From Hyphomonas sp. (GTDB lineage Bacteria > Pseudomonadota > Alphaproteobacteria > Caulobacterales > Hyphomonadaceae), in the NCBI RefSeq assembly GCF_041689225.1, contig NZ_JBDNGN010000014.1, positions 6,635 to 70,634 of the forward strand: 64,000 nt of DNA, given 5' to 3'. Under the pieces are notes generated by a model. The model saw nothing but the letters and a program-made list of their open reading frames with translations, had not been told where the DNA came from and made no database searches. A program made the position numbers and the translations under genes. Below, in pieces: positions 32,339 to 44,039 of this stretch (its first letter is position 1; each line of letters starts with the position of its first letter).

Positions 32339-33175
32339 TCAGGCGCCCGTTGCATCTTCCTTGGGCTCGCCAGTCGCCGGAGCGGCATCAGCTGCCTTGG
32401 GTTCGTCATCCGCGGCAGCGACGTCCGCCTCAACCATGCCCTCGAGATCTTCGAGCGCACCGAGGTCGACGCCAAGGCCGGCCGTCGATTCTGCGAGGCC
32501 GTCGAGCACCGCGTCAGCGAACAGGTTGCAGTAGAGGGATATGGCGCGAGCCGCGTCGTCATTGCCGGCAAAGCCGTAGTCGGCATCAGACGGATCGCAG
32601 TTCGTGTCGAGCACGGCGACGACGGGGATACCCAGCTTACGGGCTTCCATGACGGCGATCGCTTCCTTGTTCGTATCGATCACGATCATCGCAGCCGGCA
32701 GGCCGCCCATTTCGGCGATACCACCAAGCGCGCGCTCAAGCTTGTCGCGGCGGCGCTGCAGGTCGAGCAGTTCTTTCTTGGTGAGGCCGTCGCCGCCACC
32801 GGCGTCGAACATCGCATTGAGTTCTTTGAGCTGCTTGATCGACTTGGACACGGTGGCCCAGTTGGTCAGCGTGCCGCCGAGCCAGCGATGGTTCATGTAA
32901 TATTGTGCGCAGCGCTGGGCGGCTTCGGCAACAGGGTCAGACGCCTGGCGCTTGGTGCCGACGAACAGGACGCGGCCACCCTTGGCAACCGAGTCGCGCA
33001 CGAAAACGAGCGCCTGGTGCAGGGCCGGGACGGTCTGGGACAGGTCCATGATGTGGATGCCGGAGCGCTCGCCGTAGATATACGGCTTCATGCGGGGATT
33101 CCAGCGGTGGGTCTGGTGACCGAAGTGTACGCCAGCTTCGAGCAGCTCACGCATTGTGAAGTCAGGTATTGCCAT
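32339..33175 (-). CDS. rpsB: 30S ribosomal protein S2
   Basis: [42 protein letters not shown]. Confidence 0.99.
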   Translation of the reverse strand: MAIPDFTMRELLEAGVHFGHQTHRWNPRMKPYIYGERSGIHIMDLSQTVPALHQALVFVRDSVAKGGRVLFVGTKRQASDPVAEAAQRCAQYYMNHRWLGGTLTNWATVSKSIKQLKELNAMFDAGGGDGLTKKELLDLQRRRDKLERALGGIAEMGGLPAAMIVIDTNKEAIAVMEARKLGIPVVAVLDTNCDPSDADYGFAGNDDAARAISLYCNLFADAVLDGLAESTAGLGVDLGALEDLEGMVEADVAAADDEPKAADAAPATGEPKEDATGA

Positions 33176-33266
33176 TCATTTTCTCCATCCGGTTAGCCTT
33201 CGTGGGTGGAACGTTGGGCCAATATGGCTTTCCGCACCGGATGCACCCGCGAAATGGTTTCAGGAA
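33176..33266 (-). promoter_or_regulatory. Structured rpsB 5' leader (putative S2 autoregulatory element)
   Basis: 8-bp stem CATCCGGT/ACCGGATG (33236-33243 with 33186-33193) next to the GGAG SD; GGGTG (33244-33248) can pair with CACCC (33204-33208) inside the loop. Confidence 0.6.
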
Positions 33267-33272
33267 AGGCGG

Positions 33273-33300
33273 CTTATACAGAATTCCCCACGCCCGGCAA
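33273..33300 (-). promoter_or_regulatory. Putative sigma70 promoter of rpsB-tsf
   Basis: TTGCCG-N16-TATAAG on the minus strand. Confidence 0.55.
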
Positions 33301-33320
33301 GATGCCCGGTTGCCCTTTTG

Positions 33321-36300
33321 TCAGGCCGCTTTCATGGGTTCGACCCGTTCCACACCCGGGACATCCTTGAGGGCCCGCTGGGCCTTGAGCCCGATCGTAT
33401 AGGTGTCGGCCAGGCGCAGGACAACGGTCCGGCCATCGTCAAGCGGCATTTCGATCAGGATCGCACCGCGTTCATGGTCCTGCAATCGCCCGAGATGGCT
33501 CACAATCCCGGCAATATCATCGGTATTGGCCCCCACCGCCAGACGCACCTTGAGCGCACCCATCGACTTCGACAGCCGCGCCGATTCCAGCTGGATGATA
33601 CGTTCCGCATTCAGTTTGATCTCGTCGCCCGTGCGTTTCACGCCGACAGTAATCGCCACCGTATTGCCCACCTGCAGCAGGTCATAGCTCTGCTGCAGTG
33701 TCTCGGGGAACACCATCAGCTCAACCTCACCCGTCGGATCGGACAGGGTCAGGAACGCAAACTTGCCGCCTTTGCGGGCCGGCTTCTCGTTGCGCAGGCG
33801 CACCACGCCGATCAGCTCGAGCGGCTTGCCGTCGCTCGCACGGTCCGCGATCTCGCAGGCGAGGGTAACCCGCTCCCGGTCGATCCCTTCCAGCACATCG
33901 TCCAGCGGGTGGCCGGAAAAGTAGAAGCCGATCGCCCTGAATTCCTCGTCCAGCTTCTGCTGCCCGTTCCACGGCTTGCAGGTCGGAAGCGCCGGACGCA
34001 GCGCCGGCTCGGCCTCACCGAACAGGCCGCCCTGCCCGCCCTGCCGGTCCTCGGCTGACTTGTTGGCCATCTGGGCGAGGATCGGCGCAGCCCCGAGCAC
34101 CTTGGCCCGGTTGGCATCCAGCGTGTCGAACGCGCCGGATTTCGCCAGCGACTCGAAGGCCTTCTTGTTGATGTGCCGCGGATCGACCCGCTCGGCAAAA
34201 TCGTAGAGACCCGAAAACGTACCATCGGCGGCGCGCAGCGCTTCGACGTGCCGCATCGCTTCGAGGCCGACCCCCTTCAGCGCGCCCAGCGCATAGACGA
34301 CCGCGCCGTCGCGGACGTCAAAGTCCGCTGTCGACGTATTCACGTCGGGCGCCAGGACGGGAATCTTGAGCCGGCGCGCTTCCATGAAGAAAGCCGCCAG
34401 CTTGTCGGTATTGCCGAGGTCGAGGCTCATCGACGCGGCGAGGAATTCCACCGGGAAGTGGCGCTTCAGGTAACCCGTATGATACCCGATCAGCGCATAG
34501 GCGGCGGCGTGCGACTTGTTGAAGCCGTAGCCCGCAAACTTCTCCATCGTGTCGAAGATTTCGTTGGCGAGCGGCTCGTCCATCTGCTTCGTGGCCGCCG
34601 CCCCTTCGACGAAACGCTTGCGCTGCGCGACCATCTCTTCGAGCTTCTTCTTGCCCATAGCGCGGCGCAGCAGGTCAGCCTCGCCGAGCGAGTAGCCGGC
34701 AATCTCCTGCGCCATCCGCATCACCTGTTCCTGATAGACCGGCACGCCATAGGTGGCTTCCAGCACGGGCTTCAGGTCCGGGTGGGCATATTGCACGCCG
34801 TCGGGGTTTTCCTTGCCCTGGACGTAGAGCGGGATGTTCTCCATCGGCCCGGGACGGTAGAGCGAGATGATCGCAATCACGTCCTCGATATTGTTCGGAC
34901 GCACCTTGCGTAGCGTGTCGCGCATGCCGGCGCCTTCCAGCTGGAACACGCCCAGCGTGTCCCCGCTGGCCATCAGGTCATAGGTCGCCTGATCGTCGAG
35001 GCCTTCCCATTCCGGGCCGATATCCTGTCCGCCGCGCCGGATCAGTTTCAGCGCGCGGTCGATCACTGTCAGCGTCTTGAGGCCGAGGAAGTCGAACTTC
35101 ACCAGGCCCGCCATCTCGGCGTATTTCATGTTGAACTGCGAGGCCGGCAGGTCGGCGCGCGGATCGTTGTAAAGGGGTGCGATCTCGACCAGCGGCCGGT
35201 CGGCGATGACCACGCCGGCGGCGTGCGTCCCGGCATTCCGGTAAAGCCCTTCCAGCGCAAGCGCGATCTTGATCAGTTCACCGACGCGAGGGTCTTCCGA
35301 GATTTCGTCATCGAACTTCGGCTCGTCGTCGATGGCTTCTTGCAGCGTGGGCGGCTTGGCTGGATTGAACGGGATCAGCTTGGCCAGACGGTCAACCTGG
35401 AAATATGGCATCTGCATCACGCGGCCGACATCGCGCACCACGGCCTTGGCCTGCAATGTCCCGAACGTGATGATCATGGCGACGCTCTCGGCGCCATACT
35501 TGTCGCGGACATAGCGAATGACTTCGCTGCGCCGTTCCTGACAGAAGTCGATGTCGAAATCCGGCATCGACACACGTTCCGGGTTCAGGAAGCGTTCGAA
35601 CAGCAAATCGAAGCGCAGCGGATCAAGATCAGTAATCAGGAGTGACCAGGCCACCAGAGAGCCGGCACCCGACCCCCGTCCCGGCCCGACCGGGATGTCC
35701 TGTTCCTTGGCCCATTTGATGAAGTCGGACACGATCAGGAAGTAGCCGGGGAATCCCATCCGCTCGATCACGCCAAGTTCAAAATCCAGCCGCTCGAAAT
35801 AGGTTTCCCGCTCGGCGTAAAGCTTGCCAGCAGCCTTGAGCCGGCCTTCCAGCCCCTCCTTCGCCTGAATCCTCAACTCCTCGATCTCGGACCGGCCTTC
35901 ATTGCTGAATGACGGCAGGATTGGGTCGCGGGTAACCGAGCGCACTGAACAGCGCCGGGCGATCTCGGACGTGTTTTTCAGGGCTTCCGGCAGGTCGGCG
36001 AACAGCGTTGCCATTTCTGCCTGGGTCTTGAGGTATTGCGACGGGCAGACCCGCTTGCGGTCTTCCTGGCCGAGATACTGGCCATTGGCAATACACATCA
36101 GCGCATCGTGTGCCGTCGCATCTGACGGCTTCATGAACCGGGCATCATGGGTCGCAACTAGTGGCAGGCCCAGTTCATAGGCGAGATCAATCAGACCAGC
36201 TTCCGTGGCAGCCTCGTCTGGCGTCCCGTGCCGCGTGATCTCGACATAACACCGGCCCGGATAGGCGCTGGCCAACGTCGACAATTCCGTGCGGGCATCG

Positions 36301-36743
36301 GCCGCGCGGCCCTTGAGCAGATGGCGAGCGACCTCGCCTTCGGCCCCGCCTGTCAACAGGATCAGGCCGTCAGTCTTGTCCAGCAAGAGATCGCGGTGCA
36401 ACTTCGGTACGCCGTCGTCGGCATCGAGATAGGCCCGCGACGACAGCAGCATCAGGCGCTGGTAGCCGGTTTGGTCCTGCGCATAGACCGACACGCGCGT
36501 CGGTTCGCTGCGATGGACACCGTCAGCAATATCGAAACAGCAGGCCATGATCGGCTGGATGCCGGCCTCGGACATGGTCAGCGAGACTTCCAGCGCGCCG
36601 AACAGGTTGTTGCGGTCGGTCACGGCCACGGCAGGCATCGCCTGCCCTAGCAGCCAGCCCTTCAGGACCTTGGGCGTGATCATGCTCTCGAGCAGCGAAT
36701 AGCTCGACCGCACGGCCAGATGGATGAAGGGCGACTCAGGCAA
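33321..36743 (-). CDS. dnaE: DNA polymerase III alpha subunit (probable TTG start 36743)
   Basis: PHP N-terminus, GRGSGAGSLVA, FERFLNPER.SMPDFDIDF, GLVKFDFLGL, F..YGFNKSHAAAY; GGAG SD before the TTG; no intein-sized insert. Confidence 0.98.
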   Translation of the reverse strand: MPESPFIHLAVRSSYSLLESMITPKVLKGWLLGQAMPAVAVTDRNNLFGALEVSLTMSEAGIQPIMACCFDIADGVHRSEPTRVSVYAQDQTGYQRLMLLSSRAYLDADDGVPKLHRDLLLDKTDGLILLTGGAEGEVARHLLKGRAADARTELSTLASAYPGRCYVEITRHGTPDEAATEAGLIDLAYELGLPLVATHDARFMKPSDATAHDALMCIANGQYLGQEDRKRVCPSQYLKTQAEMATLFADLPEALKNTSEIARRCSVRSVTRDPILPSFSNEGRSEIEELRIQAKEGLEGRLKAAGKLYAERETYFERLDFELGVIERMGFPGYFLIVSDFIKWAKEQDIPVGPGRGSGAGSLVAWSLLITDLDPLRFDLLFERFLNPERVSMPDFDIDFCQERRSEVIRYVRDKYGAESVAMIITFGTLQAKAVVRDVGRVMQMPYFQVDRLAKLIPFNPAKPPTLQEAIDDEPKFDDEISEDPRVGELIKIALALEGLYRNAGTHAAGVVIADRPLVEIAPLYNDPRADLPASQFNMKYAEMAGLVKFDFLGLKTLTVIDRALKLIRRGGQDIGPEWEGLDDQATYDLMASGDTLGVFQLEGAGMRDTLRKVRPNNIEDVIAIISLYRPGPMENIPLYVQGKENPDGVQYAHPDLKPVLEATYGVPVYQEQVMRMAQEIAGYSLGEADLLRRAMGKKKLEEMVAQRKRFVEGAAATKQMDEPLANEIFDTMEKFAGYGFNKSHAAAYALIGYHTGYLKRHFPVEFLAASMSLDLGNTDKLAAFFMEARRLKIPVLAPDVNTSTADFDVRDGAVVYALGALKGVGLEAMRHVEALRAADGTFSGLYDFAERVDPRHINKKAFESLAKSGAFDTLDANRAKVLGAAPILAQMANKSAEDRQGGQGGLFGEAEPALRPALPTCKPWNGQQKLDEEFRAIGFYFSGHPLDDVLEGIDRERVTLACEIADRASDGKPLELIGVVRLRNEKPARKGGKFAFLTLSDPTGEVELMVFPETLQQSYDLLQVGNTVAITVGVKRTGDEIKLNAERIIQLESARLSKSMGALKVRLAVGANTDDIAGIVSHLGRLQDHERGAILIEMPLDDGRTVVLRLADTYTIGLKAQRALKDVPGVERVEPMKAA

Positions 36744-36821
36744 AACGGGTTCTCCAGCGGGGAGAATACAATGCCGTTCGCGCCGGGACCAGACCACCCG
36801 TCAGCAGCGGCCTTCCACAGC

Positions 36822-37511
36822 TTATTCCGGCTTGTAGTCGACCAGTTTGCCGTCCTGCAGCGTCAGGACGCGGTCCATGTGCTGTGTCAGCGCAAAATTG
36901 TGGGTGGCGACCAGCACGGCCGCGCCTTCATTCTTGACCATCTTGATCAGGGTCGCGAACACCCGCTCGGTCGTGACCGGGTCGAGATTGCCTGTCGGTT
37001 CGTCAGCGATGACGAGTCGGGGATCGTTGGCCAGCGCCCGGGCAATCGCCACACGCTGCTGCTCGCCGCCGGACATCTGCCCCGGCTGGTGGTGCCCCCT
37101 GTCGGCAAGCCCCATGACCTCCAGCAGGGACTCGGCTTTCTCGCGCGCCGCGGTCTTCTTCACACCGGCAATCATCAGCGGCATCGCGATATTGTCCGCC
37201 GCGTTGAATTCGGGAAGCAGGTGGTGGAACTGATAGACGAAACCGATCTTGGACCGGCGGATCGCTGTGCGGCCCTTGTCGTCCAGCGACAGGCAATCGA
37301 TCCCGTCCAACATGACCTTGCCGGCTTCCGGCCGTTCCAGCAGGCCGGCCGTATGCAGCAGCGTCGATTTACCCGAACCCGAAGGCCCGACAAGCCCCAC
37401 CAGCTCTCCGGCATTCAAGCGCAGGTCGGTCCCTTTCAGCACAAGCAGTTCGCCCGCCGCCGTACGATAGACCCGGTCGATGCCGATCAATTCCAGAACA
37501 GGCTGGGACAT
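36822..37511 (-). CDS. lolD: Lipoprotein-releasing ABC transporter ATPase LolD
   Basis: [48 protein letters not shown]. Confidence 0.96.
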   Translation of the reverse strand: MSQPVLELIGIDRVYRTAAGELLVLKGTDLRLNAGELVGLVGPSGSGKSTLLHTAGLLERPEAGKVMLDGIDCLSLDDKGRTAIRRSKIGFVYQFHHLLPEFNAADNIAMPLMIAGVKKTAAREKAESLLEVMGLADRGHHQPGQMSGGEQQRVAIARALANDPRLVIADEPTGNLDPVTTERVFATLIKMVKNEGAAVLVATHNFALTQHMDRVLTLQDGKLVDYKPE

Positions 37512-38803
37512 TATTCAAACCTCAGCGCGCTAACCGGATCCTGGCGGGACGCCCACCAGGCCGGAATGAGAGACACGCCCATCGACATAAACAGCGCATA
37601 GAGCCCGGTTCGGATCACCTCACGCCAGTCAAGGATCGCCGGCAGGCCTTCGAGACCATAGGTTTCCGCGTCGAACACTTGGCCCTGAACGAACAGGTTG
37701 ATAAAGGCTTCGACGGTGCCGATATTCAGCACCACAAGGACGCCCACCAGGACGCCCAGAAGGGCGCCCAGCGTGCCGAGAACGGTGCCGACCAGCAGGA
37801 ACACCCGCAGCACCCCGTTCCGGCCAAGGCCGATGGTCCGCAGGATCGCGATATCCCGCGACTTGTTCTTCACCAGCATCACGACGCCAACGATGATGTT
37901 CAGCGTCGCAATCGCCATGATCACCATGACGAGCAGCCGCACCATTGTGCGTTCCACCTCGAGCGCGTTGAGATAGGCTTCACGCTGGCTCTTCCAGTCA
38001 AATGTATAAAGCGCGTTGCCCGTCGCATTCGCTATGGCCGCCATCGCTTCATGTGTTTTTTCCGGGTCCTTCAGCCTTATGTCCAGCATGCTGTAATGGC
38101 CCTTGGACTGGAACAGGATCTGCGCCTGTTCCATCGGCATGAAGATATAGAGGCTGTCGAGTTCGACACTACCGGTCTGGAAGATGTCGCCGACAACATA
38201 GGACTTGCTGCGCGGTGTACCGCCCATCGGTCCGGCCGTCTGCTGGGACGTCACGATCTCGACCTTGTCGCCCGGACGTATCCCAAGGCCTTCCCGGCCC
38301 GCTGCCAGGAACTTGCCCAGCATGATGACATTGCCGCCATTGCGGCCTTCGCCAAAGCCCGCCGCAATGGCCGACTTCCCGCCATCCTTCAGGAACGGCA
38401 TGGTCGCCAGGTCTTCTGTGCGGATCGCGCGAACGGCCGCGCCGGTCTTGCGACCATTGGCCGTGATCAGCACGTATTCCTCGATATAGGGCGTCACGCT
38501 GGTGATCCCGTCGATCTCGCGGATCGTGCCCGCCAGTGCATTCGCTTCGTCTTCGGTATAGCTGCTGACCACGCCGTAAACATGCGGCTGGCCGCCGAGC
38601 AGCGCATCCAGCAGCGTCGCGCGAAATCCGCTCATGACCGACATGGTGATGATCAGCGCAGAGACGGCGAAGAATATGCCGACAAAGGATATGATCGAAA
38701 TCAGCGACGCACCGCCATGCTCGCGTTTGGCCCGCAGGTAGCGCCAGGCCAGCGTGCGCTCCAGCTTGCCGAAGGGCGGTGCAACATGGCCGAGTTCGCT
38801 CAT
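37511..38803 (-). CDS. lolE: Lipoprotein-releasing ABC transporter permease LolC/E
   Basis: LA.RYLRA, SVMSGF, K..DIAILRT.G, PA..A....PV.ALR.E; ATGA-coupled to proS. Confidence 0.94.
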   Translation of the reverse strand: MSELGHVAPPFGKLERTLAWRYLRAKREHGGASLISIISFVGIFFAVSALIITMSVMSGFRATLLDALLGGQPHVYGVVSSYTEDEANALAGTIREIDGITSVTPYIEEYVLITANGRKTGAAVRAIRTEDLATMPFLKDGGKSAIAAGFGEGRNGGNVIMLGKFLAAGREGLGIRPGDKVEIVTSQQTAGPMGGTPRSKSYVVGDIFQTGSVELDSLYIFMPMEQAQILFQSKGHYSMLDIRLKDPEKTHEAMAAIANATGNALYTFDWKSQREAYLNALEVERTMVRLLVMVIMAIATLNIIVGVVMLVKNKSRDIAILRTIGLGRNGVLRVFLLVGTVLGTLGALLGVLVGVLVVLNIGTVEAFINLFVQGQVFDAETYGLEGLPAILDWREVIRTGLYALFMSMGVSLIPAWWASRQDPVSALRFE

Positions 38804-40119
38804 TTGGGCGTCACCTTCTTCAGCGCTTCGGCGAACGGCATTTCCACCTTCTCGCCGGTTTTGCGATGCTTGACTTCGACGACACCATTCTCGATGCCGC
38901 GCGGCCCGATCACGATCTGCCATGGCAGGCCGATCAGCTCCATGCGGGCAAACTTGCCGCCAGCGCGCTCATCCGTATCGTCGTAGAGCACGTCCATACC
39001 AGCATCCGTCAGCGCCTTGTAAGCGTCGGCACAGGCCGCATCGCAGGCTGCATCGCCAACACGCATATTGATCAGGCCGACATGCCAGGGCGCTACGGAC
39101 TCAGGCCAGACGATGCCGTTCTCGTCATGGCAGGCCTCAATGATGCCGCCGACAAGGCGCGACACGCCAATGCCATAGCTGCCCATCTGCACCGGCACCA
39201 TTTGACCGTCCGACGATTGCACGACCGCGTTCATGGGCACCGAATACTTTGTGCCGAAGTTGAAAATATGGCCAACCTCGATGCCGCGCGCCGACACTTG
39301 CTGGTCAGCAGGGATCTCGGCAAAGGCATCCGCGTCATGCATCTCTTCAGTGGCAGCATAATACTGTGTGCGCTTCTCGACTTCCGCGTTGAGGTCCGCG
39401 TCGAAATCCAGATCGAGCCCGGGCGCCGGCAGGTCCAGCAACGCCTTGTCACAGAACACGGCGCTCTCGCCAGTATCCGCGAGGATGATGAACTCGTGGC
39501 TCATGTCGCCGCCAATCGGGCCGGTGTCGGCCCGCATCGGAATGGCCGTCAGCCCCATCCGGTCGAAGGCATTGAGATAGGCACAGAACATCTTGCGATA
39601 GGAGACACGCGCATCCTCTTCCGTCAGGTCGAAGGAATAGGCATCCTTCATCAGGAATTCCCGGCCGCGCATGACGCCGAAACGCGGGCGCACCTCGTCG
39701 CGGAATTTCCATTGCTGGTGATACAGGTTCAGCGGCAGCTGCTTGTAGCTTTTGACGTAGGAACGGAACACGTCGGTGATCAGCTCTTCATTCGTCGGCC
39801 CGTATAGCATGTCCCGGTCATGCCGGTCTTTGATGCGCAGCATCTCCTTGCCATAGTCGTCATACCGGCCGGATTCGCGCCAGAGCTCGGCCTGCTGCAA
39901 GGTCGGCATCAGCATCTCGATGGCGCCGGCGCGGTTCATCTCCTCGCGTACGATCTGTTCGATCTTCTTGAGAACGATGTAGCCCATGGGCAGCCAGGAA
40001 TAGATGCCCGCGCCATTCTGCCGGATCATGCCGGTGCGCAGCATCAGCTTGTGCGAGGCGATCGCCGCATCCGCCGGCGCGTCCTTGGTAACCGGCAGAA
40101 AGAATTTCGAAAGACGCAT
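38800..40119 (-). CDS. proS: Proline--tRNA ligase (short alphaproteobacterial type)
   Basis: [65 protein letters not shown]. Confidence 0.99.
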   Translation of the reverse strand: MRLSKFFLPVTKDAPADAAIASHKLMLRTGMIRQNGAGIYSWLPMGYIVLKKIEQIVREEMNRAGAIEMLMPTLQQAELWRESGRYDDYGKEMLRIKDRHDRDMLYGPTNEELITDVFRSYVKSYKQLPLNLYHQQWKFRDEVRPRFGVMRGREFLMKDAYSFDLTEEDARVSYRKMFCAYLNAFDRMGLTAIPMRADTGPIGGDMSHEFIILADTGESAVFCDKALLDLPAPGLDLDFDADLNAEVEKRTQYYAATEEMHDADAFAEIPADQQVSARGIEVGHIFNFGTKYSVPMNAVVQSSDGQMVPVQMGSYGIGVSRLVGGIIEACHDENGIVWPESVAPWHVGLINMRVGDAACDAACADAYKALTDAGMDVLYDDTDERAGGKFARMELIGLPWQIVIGPRGIENGVVEVKHRKTGEKVEMPFAEALKKVTPK

Positions 40120-40168
40120 GGATTCCCCGCTAAAGCTGATATTGGCGCCCAACTAGCCGCAGCAGCCC

Positions 40169-40402
40169 CTAGTCCGCAAGGAGGAGCGGCACAACCAGCG
40201 CTGCAATACCGGTAATGATGGCCCCGCCGATTGTTGCCCACACGGCCTTCTTCAGCAGCATCGGTTTGGCCGGTGCGCCTTCTTCGGTGCCGGGGGTTAT
40301 CTCACCGTCCTCGAACTGGCCGCGCACGCCAATCGGCAGGACAGCAAAAAAGCTGATCCACCAGCTCAGGACAAAGACGACAACGCCGCTCACAATGGTC
40401 AT
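40169..40402 (-). CDS. DUF1467 family small membrane protein
   Basis: WW...F.VLP.GVR.Q, PG...GAP..P....K..WAT. Confidence 0.88.
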   Translation of the reverse strand: MTIVSGVVVFVLSWWISFFAVLPIGVRGQFEDGEITPGTEEGAPAKPMLLKKAVWATIGGAIITGIAALVVPLLLAD

Positions 40403-40830
40403 CAGTGGGGGCCTTTGGGCGTTTCCATGAGTTCGATGAGGACACCGTTGGAATTCTTCGGGTGAACGAAAATGATCATCGTGCCATGCGCCCCGATACG
40501 AGGTGTGCCGAGCACGGTCGCGCCGCGCTTGCCCATTTCGTCAACGGCCTGGTTGATGTCATCCACTTCGAAGCAGACATGGTGCTGCCCGCCCTTCGGG
40601 TTCTTGGTGATGAAGTTCGCAATGGGCGATTCAGCATTCAGCGGCTCGATCAGCTCGATCTGGGCGTTCGGCAGGTTCACGAAACAGACCTTCACGCCCT
40701 GCTCCGGCATATCGAACGGCGTGGTGATATCGGTTGCGCCATAAAGCGTGCGGTACGTTTCGCAGGCTTCTTCCAGGTCCGGCACGGCAATACCGACATG
40801 GTTCAGCGGGCCAATTTTAAATTCACTCAT
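40402..40830 (-). CDS. mce: Methylmalonyl-CoA epimerase
   Basis: LNHVGIAVPDL, GV.V.F, IEL.EPL...SPIA.F, GG.HH.C.EVDDI, F.HPK...G.LIEL. Confidence 0.95.
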   Translation of the reverse strand: MSEFKIGPLNHVGIAVPDLEEACETYRTLYGATDITTPFDMPEQGVKVCFVNLPNAQIELIEPLNAESPIANFITKNPKGGQHHVCFEVDDINQAVDEMGKRGATVLGTPRIGAHGTMIIFVHPKNSNGVLIELMETPKGPH

Positions 40831-40836
40831 CGTGCT

Positions 40837-42522
40837 TCAGCTCCTCAATACAGTCACATCAATCATCGGGCGCCGTCCAAACGTCGCCTCGCAGGCCTTG
40901 CGCAGTGCCCGGCCTATTTCGCGTTCAACCATGTCATCATCAAGACGTGTCTTGCGCTTCATCTTCCGCACGGCGGCATCAGCGGCCTCGTCCAGATCGT
41001 CCAGGCTTTCGTCAGCGAGACGGCCATCCGATTCCGAGAAGCCCCGCACGACAACAACCGGACCGTCGATAACGTCCCCGGCCTCGTCGATGACGACACT
41101 GGCCAGCACGAGGCCGTTTTCCGACAGTTTACGGCGCTCATTCAGGCCTTGCGCGCCTTCCGGCACAAGGATCTTGCCGTCCAGCAGCAACCGCCCGGCA
41201 GGCACAAGATCGATGATCTCGGCTGGCCCCGGCGCGAGCCTTACAAGGCTGCCATTTCGCGGCGCGACGGCCTGGGGAATCTGGAGCGACTTGGCATAGG
41301 CCGCGTGCTCCATGATGTGACGGCGCTCGCCGTGCACCGGCACGGCAATCTCGGGCCTCACCCACTGATACATCTTCTGCAGCTCACCCCGGCAAGGGTG
41401 TCCCGATACGTGAATTGGCTGCGTGACCATGCGCGGGGTAATGATGCGCACGCCCTGGTCTGCCAGCGCGTTCTGCATGGCAAAAATTTCGCGCTCGTTG
41501 CCGGGAATGATCCGCGAAGAAAAGATCACGCAATCGCCCTCGCCCAACGACACGTTGCGGTGATCGTTGCGGGAAATCCGCCCCAGTGCGGCGCGCGCTT
41601 CACCCTGGCTGCCCGTGCAGAGATAGAGAATGTTTTCGGCCGGAAGCGACTTGGCTTCCGATTCATCGATGAATTCGAGCGTGCGCGGCAGGATGCCCAC
41701 GGCCTTCGCCGCATCGGTGATCCGATGCATGCTCCGCCCGACAAGGCACACGCTGCGCCCGGCCTGCTCGGCCGCTTCAATGATCGACTTCACCCGCGCG
41801 ACGTTCGACGCGAAAGTCGTGACCGCCACGGCCTGTGTCTGTTCGGCGATCAGGTCTATCAGGCCCTGCTTGACGCTTTCCTCAGAACCGGATTCGCCCT
41901 CTTCGAAGACGTTCGTGGAGTCGCAAACCATTGCCAGCACGCCGCGGTCGCCAAGCGCCGTCAGGCCCTTGATATCCGTCGGGCCTCCGATCTGCGGATC
42001 CGGGTCGATCTTCCAGTCACCGGTGTGGAGAACCATGCCTGCCGGCGTATCGATAGCGAGCGCGTTCGGCTCAGGGATCGAGTGGGTGAGCGTGATATAA
42101 GTGACGGTGAACGGGCCGGCCACGACCGTACCTCCCAGCGCCACCGGCTTCAGCCAACGGGCATCCACCCCACGTTCCTGCATCTTGGACCGCACGAGTT
42201 CCGTCGTGAACGGCGTCGCATAGATCGGCGCCTTCGTCTTGAGGCGAGGATATAGCAGGCCGACCGCGCCGATATGGTCTTCATGGGCATGCGTCAGGAA
42301 GATCGCGTCGATCTGCTCGCCGATCAGGTAGTCCGGATCAGCACAGATCAGGTCGATCCCCGGCGTGTCCAGTCCCCCGAAGGTCACGCCGACATCCACA
42401 AGGATCCAGCGCCGTGCATGCGGTGGCCCATACCCGTAGGCATTCAGGTTCATGCCGATCTCCTCGCATCCCCCGAGCGGGAGGAAAACGAGTTCGTCGG
42501 ATAGCTGTGCTGAATCGGCCAT
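40837..42522 (-). CDS. rnj: Ribonuclease J
   Basis: PLGG..EIGMN, THAHEDHIG, THSIPE, HTGDWK.D, GSQGE..AAL, HVSGH, PVHGE. Confidence 0.97.
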   Translation of the reverse strand: MADSAQLSDELVFLPLGGCEEIGMNLNAYGYGPPHARRWILVDVGVTFGGLDTPGIDLICADPDYLIGEQIDAIFLTHAHEDHIGAVGLLYPRLKTKAPIYATPFTTELVRSKMQERGVDARWLKPVALGGTVVAGPFTVTYITLTHSIPEPNALAIDTPAGMVLHTGDWKIDPDPQIGGPTDIKGLTALGDRGVLAMVCDSTNVFEEGESGSEESVKQGLIDLIAEQTQAVAVTTFASNVARVKSIIEAAEQAGRSVCLVGRSMHRITDAAKAVGILPRTLEFIDESEAKSLPAENILYLCTGSQGEARAALGRISRNDHRNVSLGEGDCVIFSSRIIPGNEREIFAMQNALADQGVRIITPRMVTQPIHVSGHPCRGELQKMYQWVRPEIAVPVHGERRHIMEHAAYAKSLQIPQAVAPRNGSLVRLAPGPAEIIDLVPAGRLLLDGKILVPEGAQGLNERRKLSENGLVLASVVIDEAGDVIDGPVVVVRGFSESDGRLADESLDDLDEAADAAVRKMKRKTRLDDDMVEREIGRALRKACEATFGRRPMIDVTVLRS

Positions 42523-42528
42523 AAGATC

Positions 42529-43296
42529 CTATTTGTTACGTTTGTAGATTTCGAGAAGACCACTGATCAGAATATCAGGGTCGTAGTGGTCGATCGTTTC
42601 GCTGGCGCCTTCGAACAGGGACGCGACGCCGCCGGTTGCAACCACCTGCATGGGCTTTCCATACTCGGCCTTGATCCGTCGTACCAGCCCGTCAATCAGG
42701 TCGATATAGCCCCAGAACACACCAGACTGCATCGCGCTGATCGTATCCTGGCCAATCACCTGGCTCGGGCGCTGGATCGCGATTCGCGGCAATTGCGCCG
42801 CAGCATCGTGCAGGGCGCTGACCGACAGGTTGATACCGGGCGAAATAATGCCGCCTTCGAACCCGCCGTCTTCTCCGACAATATCAAAGGTTGTCGCCGT
42901 GCCGCTGTCGATAACGATCAGGTTTCCCGGATAGGACACATGCGCGCCCAATGCGCTGACGATCCTGTCCGCACCGACCTGTTCAGGGCGGTGAATACGG
43001 ATTTCTACGCCTGTTTTGAGCGAAGGATCCCCGATAAACATGGGTTCGACGTTGAGATAGCGGCGCGCGAGGTTGCGGAAGTTGAACACCGCCTGCGGCA
43101 CAACTGTCGAGATGACGCAGCCATTGATCTTGGTCAGGTCCATGCCGTGCATGTCGGCAAGCCGCCACAACCAGGCCGCATGGTCGTCAGCGGTCTTGCG
43201 GGCCTCGGTCGCGCTGCGCCACTGGACGAGCCAATGGTCGCCATCATGAACACCGAACACGGTGTTCGTATTCCCCACGTCAATTGCGAGCAGCAT
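42529..43296 (-). CDS. coaX: Type III pantothenate kinase
   Basis: [29 protein letters not shown]. Confidence 0.96.
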   Translation of the reverse strand: MLLAIDVGNTNTVFGVHDGDHWLVQWRSATEARKTADDHAAWLWRLADMHGMDLTKINGCVISTVVPQAVFNFRNLARRYLNVEPMFIGDPSLKTGVEIRIHRPEQVGADRIVSALGAHVSYPGNLIVIDSGTATTFDIVGEDGGFEGGIISPGINLSVSALHDAAAQLPRIAIQRPSQVIGQDTISAMQSGVFWGYIDLIDGLVRRIKAEYGKPMQVVATGGVASLFEGASETIDHYDPDILISGLLEIYKRNK

Positions 43297-43301
43297 GGCG
43301 G

Positions 43302-44039
43302 CTACGCTCTCCCTACCAGGTTCACATCTCCAGCCCTTATGGTCTGCCGGGTGCCATCGGGCAATCTGAGGATGAGGGCACCGAACGCATCGAGATCCTC
43401 AAATATCCCCTCAACCGGTTCGCCCGACGCCGTGACACGCACAATTGTGCCTAGCCCCTCGGCGTGCTCAAGCCAGGCCTTGCGGAGCCCCGAAAACCCG
43501 GCCCGCGCTTCGATCAGCCGTTGCGAAAAGGCGGTCCGCAGGGCTTCCAGTACCATGTCAGATGTCACCACCGCGTCGCCGCGAAGGGTCGCAATTGAAG
43601 TTGCGCTCAGCTCCGCTCCATCCGGCGCATGCGTGACATTGATCCCGATGCCGGCGGCAACCCACGTGTCCGCGCCCGATCCGCCGGTTTCGATCAGGAT
43701 TCCGGACAGTTTCGCCTTGTTTATGCGCACATCATTAGGCCATTTCAGGCGAATCTCGGCGCTCGGTGCAAACGATCGCGCCACGTCGCCGACCGCCAGG
43801 GCCGCCGCGAACGGCAACCGTGACGCCACGACCATCCCGCCGGACTCGTGAAACAGCGCCGTTGCGAACAGGTTGCCGACCGGGGACAGCCAGTGTCGCT
43901 GGAGCCGCCCACGACCTGCCGACTGTGTCTCCGCGACAAGCCAGCCATCAGAAAAGGCAGCGGCAGACGCACGCCGCTTTGCCTCGCTGTTGGTGCTGTC
44001 GATTGCGCCGAGATGATGAACGGGCCAGTCCAGACTCAA
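43302..44039 (-). CDS. birA: Biotin--protein ligase (no N-terminal HTH)
   Basis: [37 protein letters not shown]. Confidence 0.96.
   Translation of the reverse strand: MSLDWPVHHLGAIDSTNSEAKRRASAAAFSDGWLVAETQSAGRGRLQRHWLSPVGNLFATALFHESGGMVVASRLPFAAALAVGDVARSFAPSAEIRLKWPNDVRINKAKLSGILIETGGSGADTWVAAGIGINVTHAPDGAELSATSIATLRGDAVVTSDMVLEALRTAFSQRLIEARAGFSGLRKAWLEHAEGLGTIVRVTASGEPVEGIFEDLDAFGALILRLPDGTRQTIRAGDVNLVGRA

Noticed and set aside
33321-36743. Intein or split dnaE
   Set aside because: Length is about 1140 aa, normal for DnaE; catalytic motifs are contiguous and there is no intein-sized insert.
40405-42255. 616-aa plus-strand ORF, and similar long ORFs at 47044-48537, 7567-8829, 37679-38986, 52508-53839 and 31847-33196
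   Set aside because: Antisense shadows of well-conserved genes (rnj/mce, nuoL, ppiD, lolE, nuoG/F, tsf/rpsB); expected in high-GC DNA; no recognisable motifs.
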